DNA of 32,000 nucleotides, taken from the NCBI RefSeq assembly GCF_002945325.1, contig NZ_CP026606.1, positions 330,001 through 362,000 of the forward strand, read 5' to 3'. Shown piece after piece: positions 1-8,756 of the stretch; the stretch's first letter is position 1; each line of letters starts with the position of its first letter. Source of the stretch: Methanococcus maripaludis (GTDB lineage Archaea; AGJL01; Methanococci; Methanococcales; Methanococcaceae). The notes below the pieces were generated by a model, which was not told where the DNA came from, ran no database searches, and saw nothing but the letters and a program-made list of their open reading frames with translations. Position numbers and translations under genes: made by a program.

Positions 1-1949
1 TTGATAGTTTCTATTTCAACGTCTGTAAAATCTTCCACTGGTTCAATATATGGTTCAAGGTATGGATATTCATATTTTGGTAAATTAATCGTTTTTACAG
101 TTTTCCAAGTATTTTCATCAATTACGTGTATTTCATAGTTTGAAAACGTGTAGAGATAGTCTCCAATATACAAAGACCTTAAAACGCTGTAGTCTTTGAA
201 AACGTCATCTTTAACCATTTTAATTCCACTTTCTTTAACTTCGAAAGCGTATGCGTGGCTTCCTGCGGGAAGTACGAGTATTTCTTTTTCAGCATCCCAC
301 AAAAATGCATGGTGTTCGTAAAGGGCAACTGACCAGTACTCGTTTAATGAATATTTTGAAAGTTCTTTTGGATTTTCAAGATCAGTTGCATCGAATAATG
401 AAATTTTTACCATATTTGAATCGTCTTTTCCAATCCCAATTAATTTATTATTTCCAATTGGATGTAAATAAGTAGAATATCCAGGAATTTTCAGTTCCCC
501 TAGTAACTCCGGATTTTTTGGATCGTCTAAATCAATTACAAGTAACGGATCCGTCTCTTTATATGTTACAACATATGCTTTATCCCCCATAAATCTTGCA
601 GAGTATATTCTTTCTCCTTCTTCAAGACCAGTCACTTTTCCAATAACATCCATATTTTCATCGAATACGTAGATGTTATTTGTTTGAATATCTCTAAATC
701 TCCAGTCATTTCCAATTGTTGTTGCAATTCTTAAATTTCCTTCGTATTCGTCCATTGAAAAGCTGTTTAAAATGGTTCCAGGAACTTTTCCACTTGTTAC
801 TTTGAAGTCATCGAGACTTATTTTTGCAATACCTGTTCCTTCAAGTTCTTCCCAGTGTTCTTTCAAATAAATTTCATAATCATTTTCAATTTCATTTTCT
901 AAATTATTTATTTCTTCTGAGGATAGTGTTTTTATGTAATCTTCGAGAATTTCAGTCATCTGTACGTATTTTGCACTGTCTCCAAAATCAGTATTTGAAA
1001 ATACTCGATCAAGTTTGTCTGTAACTTCTTTTGGGAAATATTTATCAGCATTTTCCGCCACAAACTTCATCATCAGTTTATCTTCATCGTAATCCAGTTC
1101 ATAAGCAAAATAAATATTTTCTTCTGAAACATATATTGTATTACTGTATGAACCAACCAGTGCAGCCGTATTTTCAATTTCTCCGCTTTCAACGTTTATT
1201 GATGAAATAATATACGTTGTTTCAAAGTTTTGGCGAATAATTTCGGGAATTACTGGAAGATAAATATCATCGTATCCTATTTTAACGTTATTCCAGATTA
1301 TTGGCCCGGTTATTCCATATTCCTGAATTATTATGTATAATTCACCATCAATTAATCTTGAATCAACATATGACCCGTTTAAATCTTTTGCCCAGACCAA
1401 TTCAGGCGTTTTTGGATTTGAAATATTGTAATTTTTAATTCCATCATAAGTAATTACGACTAAATTATCCCCTTCAAGGTAAAGATTGCCACCATCAGTG
1501 ATATTTCCAATTACCTGAGCAGTTTCAGGAGGTAATGCATCAATTACGTAAGTACTCTGCCCACCATAATAATTAACCCATGCTGGACTTTGCGTCGTGT
1601 AAAATATATATTTTCCATTTGTTTTTACAATATCAGCTTCATCAACGCCCACTACCTGAACATTTGTCTCGGAATACCTCGCATCGGAATACCCAGAATC
1701 CCTTAAACTGTCTTCATTGGCAGTCGCATAAGTTATATCCTCTTTTACTGCAATATTACTGCTACCATAATAATAGCCTGAATCAGATGCCAGTTTTAAA
1801 AAATTATTAAAATTTCCCTCTGAATCTGCGGGAACCATATCAAAGTCTCCAGTATAACTTATTCCAGAATCGTTTTCCGGGTTATAAGTTAAAAAAACTG
1901 CAGAAGTTACTAAAATTAGCCCTAAAATAATAATTATATTGCGATTCAT
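1..1949 (-). CDS. N-terminally anchored secreted beta-propeller domain protein (Beta_propel / COG4880-like); C-terminal part lies beyond the left window edge
   Basis: The minus-strand frame is open from ATG (1949-1947) to position 1 with no stop, so it is absent from the ORF track, and no other >=60 aa minus ORF exists here. GGTGAT RBS at 1958-1953, 3 nt before the ATG. The translation starts MNRNIIIILGLILVTSAVFLTYNPENDSG (single hydrophobic anchor/signal). It contains ...YSETNVQVVGVDEADIVKTNGKYIFY..., a motif I associate with the Beta_propel family. The sampled far end reads as plausible protein (...LPKYEYPYLEPYIEPVEDFTDVEIETI). Confidence 0.8.
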   Translation of the reverse strand, partial: MNRNIIIILGLILVTSAVFLTYNPENDSGISYTGDFDMVPADSEGNFNNFLKLASDSGYYYGSSNIAVKEDITYATANEDSLRDSGYSDARYSETNVQVVGVDEADIVKTNGKYIFYTTQSPAWVNYYGGQSTYVIDALPPETAQVIGNITDGGNLYLEGDNLVVITYDGIKNYNISNPKTPELVWAKDLNGSYVDSRLIDGELYIIIQEYGITGPIIWNNVKIGYDDIYLPVIPEIIRQNFETTYIISSINVESGEIENTAALVGSYSNTIYVSEENIYFAYELDYDEDKLMMKFVAENADKYFPKEVTDKLDRVFSNTDFGDSAKYVQMTEILEDYIKTLSSEEINNLENEIENDYEIYLKEHWEELEGTGIAKISLDDFKVTSGKVPGTILNSFSMDEYEGNLRIATTIGNDWRFRDIQTNNIYVFDENMDVIGKVTGLEEGERIYSARFMGDKAYVVTYKETDPLLVIDLDDPKNPELLGELKIPGYSTYLHPIGNNKLIGIGKDDSNMVKISLFDATDLENPKELSKYSLNEYWSVALYEHHAFLWDAEKEILVLPAGSHAYAFEVKESGIKMVKDDVFKDYSVLRSLYIGDYLYTFSNYEIHVIDENTWKTVKTINLPKYEYPYLEPYIEPVEDFTDVEIETI

Positions 1950-2012
1950 AAAATCACCATTTATATTAATAATAAACAATGTGTATTAACACTTAAAAAT
2001 AGTTTTTAAATC

Positions 2013-2055
2013 GTTCGGTGAGTTCCGAACAGTTTTTAATTGAAAATAAAAAAAA
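2013..2055 (-). terminator. Oligo-T tract plus short GC hairpin downstream of the wHTH-TM gene
   Basis: Directly after the stop codon (2061-2059) the minus strand reads T8-A-T4 (plus-strand A8 at 2048-2055). A hairpin GTTCGG/CCGAAC follows (2013-2018 / 2025-2030, 6-nt loop). Oligo-T runs are the usual archaeal termination signal. Confidence 0.5.
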
Positions 2056-2058
2056 TGA

Positions 2059-2610
2059 TTAATTTGATCTGTATGTTATTTTCGAAATTACGTGATATGC
2101 GATGAGTAAACTTATTAATATCAATCCTGTACCGATTAAAAGATTTAAATCAGAATTAACGACATTTACAGATTCTGAAATCCTGCAAGCCGTTACTTCA
2201 AATTCAGCACTTTTTAGAGCATCGTTTGTAGCCTGAAAAGTTGAATCCATTAACTGCATTTTGCTTCCAAGTTTAAGAAACAATATACTGTATAAACCGC
2301 TTAAAAATACGATTACAGACATCGGGAACAATATAATCATTTTTTCAAGATCATTCATAATTAAATACTGTCCTTTTTCCGTTAATCCATAGTATACCCA
2401 TTTTCGACCATCTTCATTCTTTTTTACAAGCTCTCCATCAACCAGTATCGATAAATGTTCATGTACAGTTGATTTGGATAGTTTCAGACTTTTTGAAAGT
2501 TCTGTTACTGTGTAATTTTTATTTCCGAGTGCTTTTAAAATGGATATTCTTGAACGCGAAGATAGTGCTTTTAAAAATTTTTTATTAACTTCAAGACCTG
2601 TCATACTCAA
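2059..2610 (-). CDS. Membrane-tethered ArsR-family winged-helix transcriptional regulator (wHTH + 2 predicted TM helices)
   Basis: The N-terminus FLKALSSRSRISILKALGNKNYTVTELSKSLKLSKSTVHEHLSILVDGELVKK is a typical ArsR/SmtB-type HTH. Two hydrophobic segments follow (IILFPMSVIVFLSGLYSILFL and LLIGTGLILISLLIAYHVI), flanking a loop of about 45 aa. Confidence 0.8.
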   Translation of the reverse strand: MSMTGLEVNKKFLKALSSRSRISILKALGNKNYTVTELSKSLKLSKSTVHEHLSILVDGELVKKNEDGRKWVYYGLTEKGQYLIMNDLEKMIILFPMSVIVFLSGLYSILFLKLGSKMQLMDSTFQATNDALKSAEFEVTACRISESVNVVNSDLNLLIGTGLILISLLIAYHVISKITYRSN

Positions 2611-2643
2611 CCACTTAATAAAATTTAAGAAAAAAATAATTTA

Positions 2644-3879
2644 TTATTCTTCTTCAGAGTCTTTCCTCTTCTTCCATCTTCTATATAAAATGTACGCTAC
2701 AACTGCTAAAACGATAATTAGTCCAATAAATGTATAGTTAGTTCCTTCCTGTTTTACCTGGCTGTTAGCGGGATCCAGTTCAAATTCCTGTGTAATGGTG
2801 AATTCTTCGTGGTATTCATTAAAGTATGTCAGTGTTGCAGTGATATTTGTTTTTGAATCTCCAAAAACTTCTAATTCGTATATTCCAGAATCTGAATCAT
2901 CTTCTTCCAAATCTCCGATATATCGAATATAGTTATCGTTTAATTCAACTGCACCATCAATTTCAAGTACGCAGTGCTTTAATTTTGAAGTTCCCCTGTT
3001 TGCAAGCGCAATTGTTACTTCCTGACCTCCAGAAATTGCTTTCACACCATCAAGATATAAAAACGGCTGGTTATCAAAAATTGTACTTTTTACTTTCAGA
3101 TTTATCGGAATTGATGAAGTATATTCTGCACCATCTTCCCCAATCCATTCAATATTTGCATTTATTGAATAAATCCCATCTTCAGTCGTTGGAATTGCGT
3201 ATGCATCAACTGTTATCAATTTCTGGGTTTGAGGGGATAGTGATTCCAAATAAAACGTCGTTGGTCCAACAATGTTTAAATCACTTGTTCCAGCTAAATT
3301 TAGCGTTAAATATTTTGCAGTTCCAGTTCCCTGGTTTTTAATATATACTTCAAGCTCTTCAGATTCTGAAGGGTTTATGGGGTTGTTATCGTCTAAATTA
3401 ATTTCAAATTTAGCAATACCATATATTGGAACGTAATATATTTTTGTTAATGTTTTTTCTCGTTCATTTGGTTCGTCTCCTAATTCATATTCTGTTGCAG
3501 TTACAGTAACATCAATTCTATACTCGTCAGAAGGTGCATTCTCGCTTACATGTATTTTAAAGTATGCCGTATCACTTTCGCCCTCGTTAAGATGTGAAAT
3601 TTCAGCTACACCTGTTTCAGGGTTTACTTGCTTTATTTCAAACGGATAATGTGGGCTTATCTCTACTTTTATATCCTTTAACTGCTTATCGTAGTTGTCG
3701 TTAACCACTTTTATCCAGATGTTTACATCGTCTCCAGGATGTATAACGTTTGGATTTGTTTCACCAAATTCAGAATTATCTACAACATACTGAGGATCAT
3801 CCACAGATAATGCATAAGAACTTGTTAATAATGCAAATACAAGTAATAATAGTCCAGACTTAGCCAAAAGTCTCATCAT
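2644..3879 (-). CDS. Exported repeat-rich surface protein (COG1361 / CARDB-like beta-sandwich repeats) with C-terminal TM anchor
   Basis: Signal-peptide-like N-terminus MMRLLAKSGLLLLVFALLTSSYALS. The body is long, acidic and beta-rich. The C-terminus has a hydrophobic helix FIGLIIVLAVVAYILY followed by RRWKKRKDSEEE (stop-transfer). It lies 33 nt upstream of the wHTH-TM gene on the same strand. Confidence 0.7.
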   Translation of the reverse strand: MMRLLAKSGLLLLVFALLTSSYALSVDDPQYVVDNSEFGETNPNVIHPGDDVNIWIKVVNDNYDKQLKDIKVEISPHYPFEIKQVNPETGVAEISHLNEGESDTAYFKIHVSENAPSDEYRIDVTVTATEYELGDEPNEREKTLTKIYYVPIYGIAKFEINLDDNNPINPSESEELEVYIKNQGTGTAKYLTLNLAGTSDLNIVGPTTFYLESLSPQTQKLITVDAYAIPTTEDGIYSINANIEWIGEDGAEYTSSIPINLKVKSTIFDNQPFLYLDGVKAISGGQEVTIALANRGTSKLKHCVLEIDGAVELNDNYIRYIGDLEEDDSDSGIYELEVFGDSKTNITATLTYFNEYHEEFTITQEFELDPANSQVKQEGTNYTFIGLIIVLAVVAYILYRRWKKRKDSEEE

Positions 3880-4091
3880 ATCACTCTTTTTAATTTTTAA
3901 GGTTGGATGTTATTTAACAAAATCATATATTAACTAACAATTACATTATCCCACCAACCATCTCAATTTTTTTATTTTGTATTTTTAGTTTTAAAGAATT
4001 ATTCCAGTATTTTCTAAATCTTATCCTTTGGTTTATTCATCTTGAAAGTACTGAAAATTCCATATCTGCATAAAATTTTACCATTCAGCAC

Positions 4092-4817
4092 TTAAGCCTC
4101 TTTTTTAACAACTTCGGTTTCAACAACCTCTCCATCCTTAACCTTATCGATTTCGAGAATTTCACCATCTTTCATCCGAATAACCTTTGTAGCGTATTTT
4201 ATCATGTAGTTATCGTGAGTAACCATTACAATCGTCATTCCTTCGTGGTGTAAGTTCTCAAGTATCTCCATTACCTGTTTACCACTTTTACTGTCAAGAT
4301 TTCCCGTAGGCTCATCTGCAAACAGTAGTTTTGGATTATTTGAAAGGGATCTTGCAATTGCAACCCTTTGCTGCTGTCCGCCTGAAAGTTGTGAGGGTTT
4401 ATAATTTTCTCTTTCACTAAGACCTACGATATTCAATAATTCTTTAGCTCGTTTTTGTCTGAACGTTTCTTCTTTTCCATCCAGTGTCATAGGGAGTTCA
4501 ACATTTCCTAAAGCAGTTAATGTCCCGATTAAATGGAATTGCTGGAATATAAATCCACTAATCTTTCTTCTAAATACTGCACGTTCATTTTCGTTCATTT
4601 TCGTGGTTTTTTTACCTTTTATGTAAACATCGCCTTTTGAAGGGACATCTAAAAGACCCAAAACATTCATTAATGTGGATTTTCCACAGCCACTCGGGCC
4701 CATTATCATTACAAATTCCCCTTCTTCAATTTTTAAATTAACCCCTTTCAAAACGTTGGATTTAGCTTCACCAACCCCATAAGTCTTGATTACATTTTTT
4801 GTTTCTATTAATATCAT
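4092..4817 (-). CDS. ABC transporter ATP-binding protein, MacB/LolD-type
   Basis: Walker A GPSGCGKST, Q-loop FIFQQF, ABC signature LSGGQQQR, Walker B LLFADEPT, H-loop VTHD. Its start is 2 nt after the stop of the upstream permease gene. Confidence 0.95.
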   Translation of the reverse strand: MILIETKNVIKTYGVGEAKSNVLKGVNLKIEEGEFVMIMGPSGCGKSTLMNVLGLLDVPSKGDVYIKGKKTTKMNENERAVFRRKISGFIFQQFHLIGTLTALGNVELPMTLDGKEETFRQKRAKELLNIVGLSERENYKPSQLSGGQQQRVAIARSLSNNPKLLFADEPTGNLDSKSGKQVMEILENLHHEGMTIVMVTHDNYMIKYATKVIRMKDGEILEIDKVKDGEVVETEVVKKEA

Positions 4818-4819
4818 AA

Positions 4820-6013
4820 TTATTCCCCTCTCAAAGTATCAACAGGGTTTAATTTTGCACCGCTTCTTGCAGGGAAATAACCGCTTAATATTCCAACTAC
4901 AAATGAAAATACTAAAACTCCTACAATTAATTCCCAGGAAATCCATGCTCTAATCAATCCATATCCCGAAATTGCTGCGATATACTCGATAGCTTTTGCA
5001 ATTAATATTCCAAGTATCGTTCCAATAATTCCGCCGAATAATCCTAAAAATCCAGCTTCAACTACAAATATTGAGAGGATTGTATTGTTTTCTGCACCGA
5101 GTGCTTTTAAAATTCCAATATCTTTTCTCCTTTCTAAAATACTCATGTGCATTGTGTTTGAAATTCCAACTGCTCCAACAAGAAGAGAAATTCCTGCAAC
5201 ACCAACTAAAAATATTGTTAAAACACTGAAAATACTGCTAATTGATTCAGCAAGCTGTTCTGCAGTTAAAACTGAGAAGTTTTCGTCCCCTCTTGAATCT
5301 TCAAGTTCGTCTTCAATATCTTCTGAAACTTTGGTTACATCTTCTCCGTCTTTTATTTTAACCATAAACATGTTGTACTCATCATCCACATCAAAAACCT
5401 CTGATGCAGCTTCATAAGGTATTACAATAGAATTATCGTCGTCAGGGTTTCCAATCTGTTCTAAAATACCCACAACTTTGTACTTTTTATCATTGATTTC
5501 AATTTTATCCCCAATATCTATTTCTCTATCGAATGTATCGTGTGCAAGGCTGTAACCAATAACACAGGTGTATTTATCGCTGTCTTTCATCCACCTACCT
5601 TTTTCAAGCTCATAACCATAAGCTTCTGTAAAAAATATCTGGTAGGTTGAAGATTTCGTTGCAAAAACACTCGAATAATACTCCTGATCGTGATAAGTTA
5701 CCTGTGTTCCACCAAACCACCCATACAATACAACATCAACACCCCTAACGCCTTCTACTGCCTTTAAATCTTGATCATTAAAATTTTTAGACATTGCAAT
5801 ACTTGTGATCTGCTGTGAGGGGTATACGGTAATAACACTGGCCCCTGCTTTGGATATTTCTTCAGTAATATAATTCTGAACACCATACCCAAGAGAGATC
5901 AGACTAACTATTGCTAAAATGCCTATAACAATACCAATTATTGTTAAAAGACTCTGTGTCTTTTTTTGAGTTATGTTTCTTCCCGCAAAAGAAACAACGT
6001 CTTTTGGTTTCAT
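4820..6013 (-). CDS. ABC transporter permease, FtsX/MacB-type with large extracytoplasmic domain
   Basis: N-terminal TM helix (LLTIIGIVIGILAIVSLISLG), then a soluble domain of about 220 aa, then a C-terminal three-TM FtsX-like block (…ERRKDIGILKALGA…). This is the architecture of MacB/LolC-type permeases. Confidence 0.9.
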   Translation of the reverse strand: MKPKDVVSFAGRNITQKKTQSLLTIIGIVIGILAIVSLISLGYGVQNYITEEISKAGASVITVYPSQQITSIAMSKNFNDQDLKAVEGVRGVDVVLYGWFGGTQVTYHDQEYYSSVFATKSSTYQIFFTEAYGYELEKGRWMKDSDKYTCVIGYSLAHDTFDREIDIGDKIEINDKKYKVVGILEQIGNPDDDNSIVIPYEAASEVFDVDDEYNMFMVKIKDGEDVTKVSEDIEDELEDSRGDENFSVLTAEQLAESISSIFSVLTIFLVGVAGISLLVGAVGISNTMHMSILERRKDIGILKALGAENNTILSIFVVEAGFLGLFGGIIGTILGILIAKAIEYIAAISGYGLIRAWISWELIVGVLVFSFVVGILSGYFPARSGAKLNPVDTLRGE

Positions 6014-6167
6014 TGATTTTCACCGGGTTTACCGATTGAAATTTGATAATTTAAATAAGTTCACTTAAACGAAAGAGTTTAATCATTATAAAATAGGTAA
6101 TCTTGAGTTTATATTAGTTCTGACTTAAATTTAAAAATAAAAGACCTTAAAAAATTAAAAAAAAGGA

Positions 6168-6770
6168 TTAATATTCTTCGCACTGCTTTTCAAAGTATGC
6201 TGTTGGGTGCCCACATGAAGGACATTCAACTGGCGCATCTTTTCCTTTTACAAGGTATCCGCATTTTCTGCAGGTCCAGTATATTTCTTCACCTTTTTTA
6301 AACATTGAACCATTTTCAAGCTGTGCAATTAATTTTTGGTACCTTTGTTCGTGGTGCTTTTCAGCTTCTGCAATTGCAAGTAATCTGTCTGAAATTTCAG
6401 CTAATCCTTCTTCTTTTGCAATTTTTGCAAATTCTGGATACATTTCAGTGTGTTCGTAATTTTCACCAGATGCTGCAGCTTTTAAATTTTCTACAGTAGT
6501 TTTGTATGCTGTAGGAACTGCTGCTCCATCAATAAGAATTTCAGCAGGTTCATTATCTTTTTTAAGCGAATTTATTAATTTAAATAACCATTTCGCATGC
6601 TCTCGCTCTTGTTCCGCAGTCATGGTAAATATTTCTGCTATTTTTTCGTAGCCTTCTTTTTGAGCAATTTTTGCGTATATTGTATACCTATTTCTAGCCT
6701 GACTTTCCCCAATAAATGCTTTTGAAAGATTTTCCATTGTTTTTTGCAAAACATTCACCTCTTTTGCCAT
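6168..6770 (-). CDS. rbr: Rubrerythrin
   Basis: Ferritin-like diiron region (ESQARNRY…EQEREHAKW…[10 protein letters not shown]…[11 protein letters not shown]) plus a C-terminal rubredoxin-type CRKCG…CPSCGH motif. Confidence 0.95.
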   Translation of the reverse strand: MAKEVNVLQKTMENLSKAFIGESQARNRYTIYAKIAQKEGYEKIAEIFTMTAEQEREHAKWLFKLINSLKKDNEPAEILIDGAAVPTAYKTTVENLKAAASGENYEHTEMYPEFAKIAKEEGLAEISDRLLAIAEAEKHHEQRYQKLIAQLENGSMFKKGEEIYWTCRKCGYLVKGKDAPVECPSCGHPTAYFEKQCEEY

Positions 6771-6858
6771 ATATCAGATTATGGTATTCATTTTATATAT
6801 TATTTGTACTTTTAAACAGGTTATACACTTTCAAGTTAAATGAATAAATCACTGGAAT

Positions 6859-6875
6859 AAAAAAAAATAAAAAAA
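6859..6875 (-). terminator. Oligo-T terminator downstream of the orphan wHTH gene
   Basis: Plus-strand A9-T-A7 (6859-6875) gives T7-A-T9 on the minus strand, 17 nt after the stop codon at 6894-6892. Confidence 0.55.
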
Positions 6876-6891
6876 TATGACAAGATAAAAC

Positions 6892-8058
6892 TTAAAAGAG
6901 TGCAAGTATTCCTTTAATAATGCCCGTATTCGCTACTTCGATACTTGAAGCCATTGCAATGTCTTTAAATTTGTCCTTCAAGCACGGTTCTGCAGATACT
7001 GCTTCATTTAGCAGTTTTTGAGTTTCCAAAAGATCAGACGAATCGATATTTCTTGACAGTAAAAACACTGCAGATATTGCTGCAACAGATTTATTATCAT
7101 TCCTAAGCTCTTCTGAAAGTTTTAATAATGCATTTTCCAGATTATCCATGTTGTAGCTATTTTTCGAAAGTTTTCTGCTTAGAGCATCCCCATCAATTAC
7201 TTCTGAAGGATATATCACAACTTTATTATCCTTTTCAAAGTTTTCGAGTCTTCTTTTTGAAGTAACAGAATCCGAATCAATTACCTCAATTTTTGAAATT
7301 TTAGGCAATTCTTCCTTTTTAATAACTTCTTTTTCATCAGTTTCAGTTTTTTCAGGAACCGATTCAATCTTACTCATCAATTTTTTGAGCCTTATATCAA
7401 TTCCCTTCACAAAATGCAGAAATATACTTTGATTAAATTTATTAATCGTTTTTTCAGTTTTTCCTGAAATTTTGTAGGCTGATTTGACAAATTCCGAAAT
7501 TTTAATCTTTCCAGAATTAATTTCGTTTAAAAATTTGTAAATTATTGAAATTTTCTCATCTTCGTCTAATGGAAGAGTATGTGCGTGCATTTTCGAATTT
7601 AAAAAATTATCATACCATTTTTCAAAATCTCGTTCTATTAAGTTGAATTTAAATATTACAAACTCTAAAACTTCATTATTTTTACAATAATTTAAAAATG
7701 CAGCCAGTGATTTTGTATATGTATCATAAGATGCGTTCGTTACTTCTTCAGCATAAATTTTAAATGTTTTATATGCTTTTTCAATTTCTTCTCTCGTAAA
7801 TTTAGGATTTTCGAACGTATCCATTCCTTTTTCGGATAACTTTATAGAATAACCGGTTAATCCAGGATTATTTCCCATATCTATAAATCCCTTTTGTTTT
7901 AAGGTATCAATGTTTCGATAAAGATCTGCCCGATCTAACGATAATTCTTCTTTAAATATTTCACACGACAAAAAAGCGTCATCATCCCTGCTGTTTATCT
8001 TATAAAGATGTTTTAAAATGTTTTGTTGAATATCTTCATCACTGATATTTCCGGCCAT
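6892..8058 (-). CDS. Hypothetical protein with N-terminal winged-helix-like domain; remainder unassigned
   Basis: Long clean ORF. I prefer the ATG at 8058 (MAGNISDEDIQ…) because AAGGTG lies 6 nt upstream, whereas the track start at 8073 is a TTG. The N-terminus …LYRNIDTLKQKGFIDMGNNPGLTGYSIKLSEKG looks like a wHTH wing. The remaining ~300 aa (helical, K/E-rich linker, C-terminal …IEVANTGIIKGILALF) match no family I recognise. Confidence 0.7.
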   Translation of the reverse strand: MAGNISDEDIQQNILKHLYKINSRDDDAFLSCEIFKEELSLDRADLYRNIDTLKQKGFIDMGNNPGLTGYSIKLSEKGMDTFENPKFTREEIEKAYKTFKIYAEEVTNASYDTYTKSLAAFLNYCKNNEVLEFVIFKFNLIERDFEKWYDNFLNSKMHAHTLPLDEDEKISIIYKFLNEINSGKIKISEFVKSAYKISGKTEKTINKFNQSIFLHFVKGIDIRLKKLMSKIESVPEKTETDEKEVIKKEELPKISKIEVIDSDSVTSKRRLENFEKDNKVVIYPSEVIDGDALSRKLSKNSYNMDNLENALLKLSEELRNDNKSVAAISAVFLLSRNIDSSDLLETQKLLNEAVSAEPCLKDKFKDIAMASSIEVANTGIIKGILALF

Positions 8059-8239
8059 AAGCTGCACCTTCAATTAATATTAACACTAAACTAAAATAAA
8101 ATCAGAACAATTAACTATTGCAAATATAGTGGTAAAAAATATTTAACCGTTATGATTTAGTTTTTTTAGAAATTTAATGTCAAAAAAGTTTAAATTATGG
8201 ATAATATTTAAAAAAAAGTTTAACATTTGATTATAATTA

Positions 8240-8645
8240 TTACTTTAAATTTATTTTGTAGCCGTGAGGACACTTTTCAGGACGATCTATAAATTCATAT
8301 AACTTTTCGATCGTTTTGTCAGATACAGCATGCTCTATTTTACATGCCTCTTCTTGTGCAAACTCAAGATCAAGACCTAAAATTTCAGTTAAAAAAATAT
8401 TCAATAATCCTGTGTTTTCGAATCGTTTCTTTTGCAATTTTTTCGCCAGAACTTTTAAGATTTATTCCAATATACGGCTGATAATCTATCAATCCGTCAC
8501 CGTGCAGTTTTTTTGCCATACTGGTTACTGCTGCGGGCTGAACCTTCATTAATTTTGCAAGTTCGGTTGTTTTTACCGGCCTTTTATTTTCTTTAATAAA
8601 TAAAAATATGTTTTCGAGATAGTCCTCAATATTTTGTGATACCAT
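8240..8645 (-). pseudogene. DtxR/MntR-family iron-dependent repressor split by a +1 base in a homopolymer (two overlapping ORFs 8385-8645 and 8240-8437)
   Basis: ORF1 ends …ETIRKHRIIEYFFN*. ORF2 continues in the +1 frame with …LLNIFLTEILGLDLEFAQEEACKIEHAVSD…CPHG. Removing one T from the minus-strand T7 (plus A7 at 8391-8397) gives RKHRIIEYFLTEILGLD…, matching the DtxR-family pattern RxHRLxExFLxxxLGL… followed by …EHxxS…CPHG. Confidence 0.8.
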
Positions 8646-8703
8646 GTTATCGCCAAATGAAAAGATATATATAGTTTCAAAAAGTTATAGAATTTAAGCT
8701 AAG

Positions 8704-8716
8704 TTAAATTATTTAA
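8704..8716. promoter_or_regulatory. Palindrome TTAAAT-T-ATTTAA upstream of feoA (promoter TATA region and/or repressor operator), copy 1
   Basis: Perfect 6+6 inverted repeat, 53 nt upstream of the feoA ATG, preceded by ATTTAAG (8692-8698). An identical 13-mer with the same upstream heptamer recurs at 9026-9038. Confidence 0.45.
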
Positions 8717-8756
8717 TTTATCTTAATTAATTTGTATATATAACTTTGGTGGTCAT

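Noticed and set aside
251-1810. Three plus-strand ORFs (251-475, 824-1024, 1580-1810) listed in the track.
   Set aside because: They lie antisense within the long open minus-strand frame encoding the beta-propeller protein, which has a proper RBS, a signal anchor and a family motif.
2847-3341. 164-aa plus-strand ORF antisense to the surface-protein gene (also 5085-5417 and 6305-6499, antisense to the permease and rubrerythrin genes).
   Set aside because: It starts with TTG and has no RBS. The product is a low-complexity L/Q/H/F-rich translation typical of the reverse complement of an acidic, Lys-rich gene, and it lies entirely inside a gene with strong family motifs. I regard it as a frame artefact, although its length in an AT-rich genome is somewhat unusual and was not tested statistically.
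4582-4603. 10-bp tandem repeat CGTTCATTTT x2 inside the ABC ATPase gene.
   Set aside because: The gene reads through in frame (…TKMNENERA…) and all ATPase motifs are intact. It is most likely a coincidental repeat, and there is no evidence of slippage.
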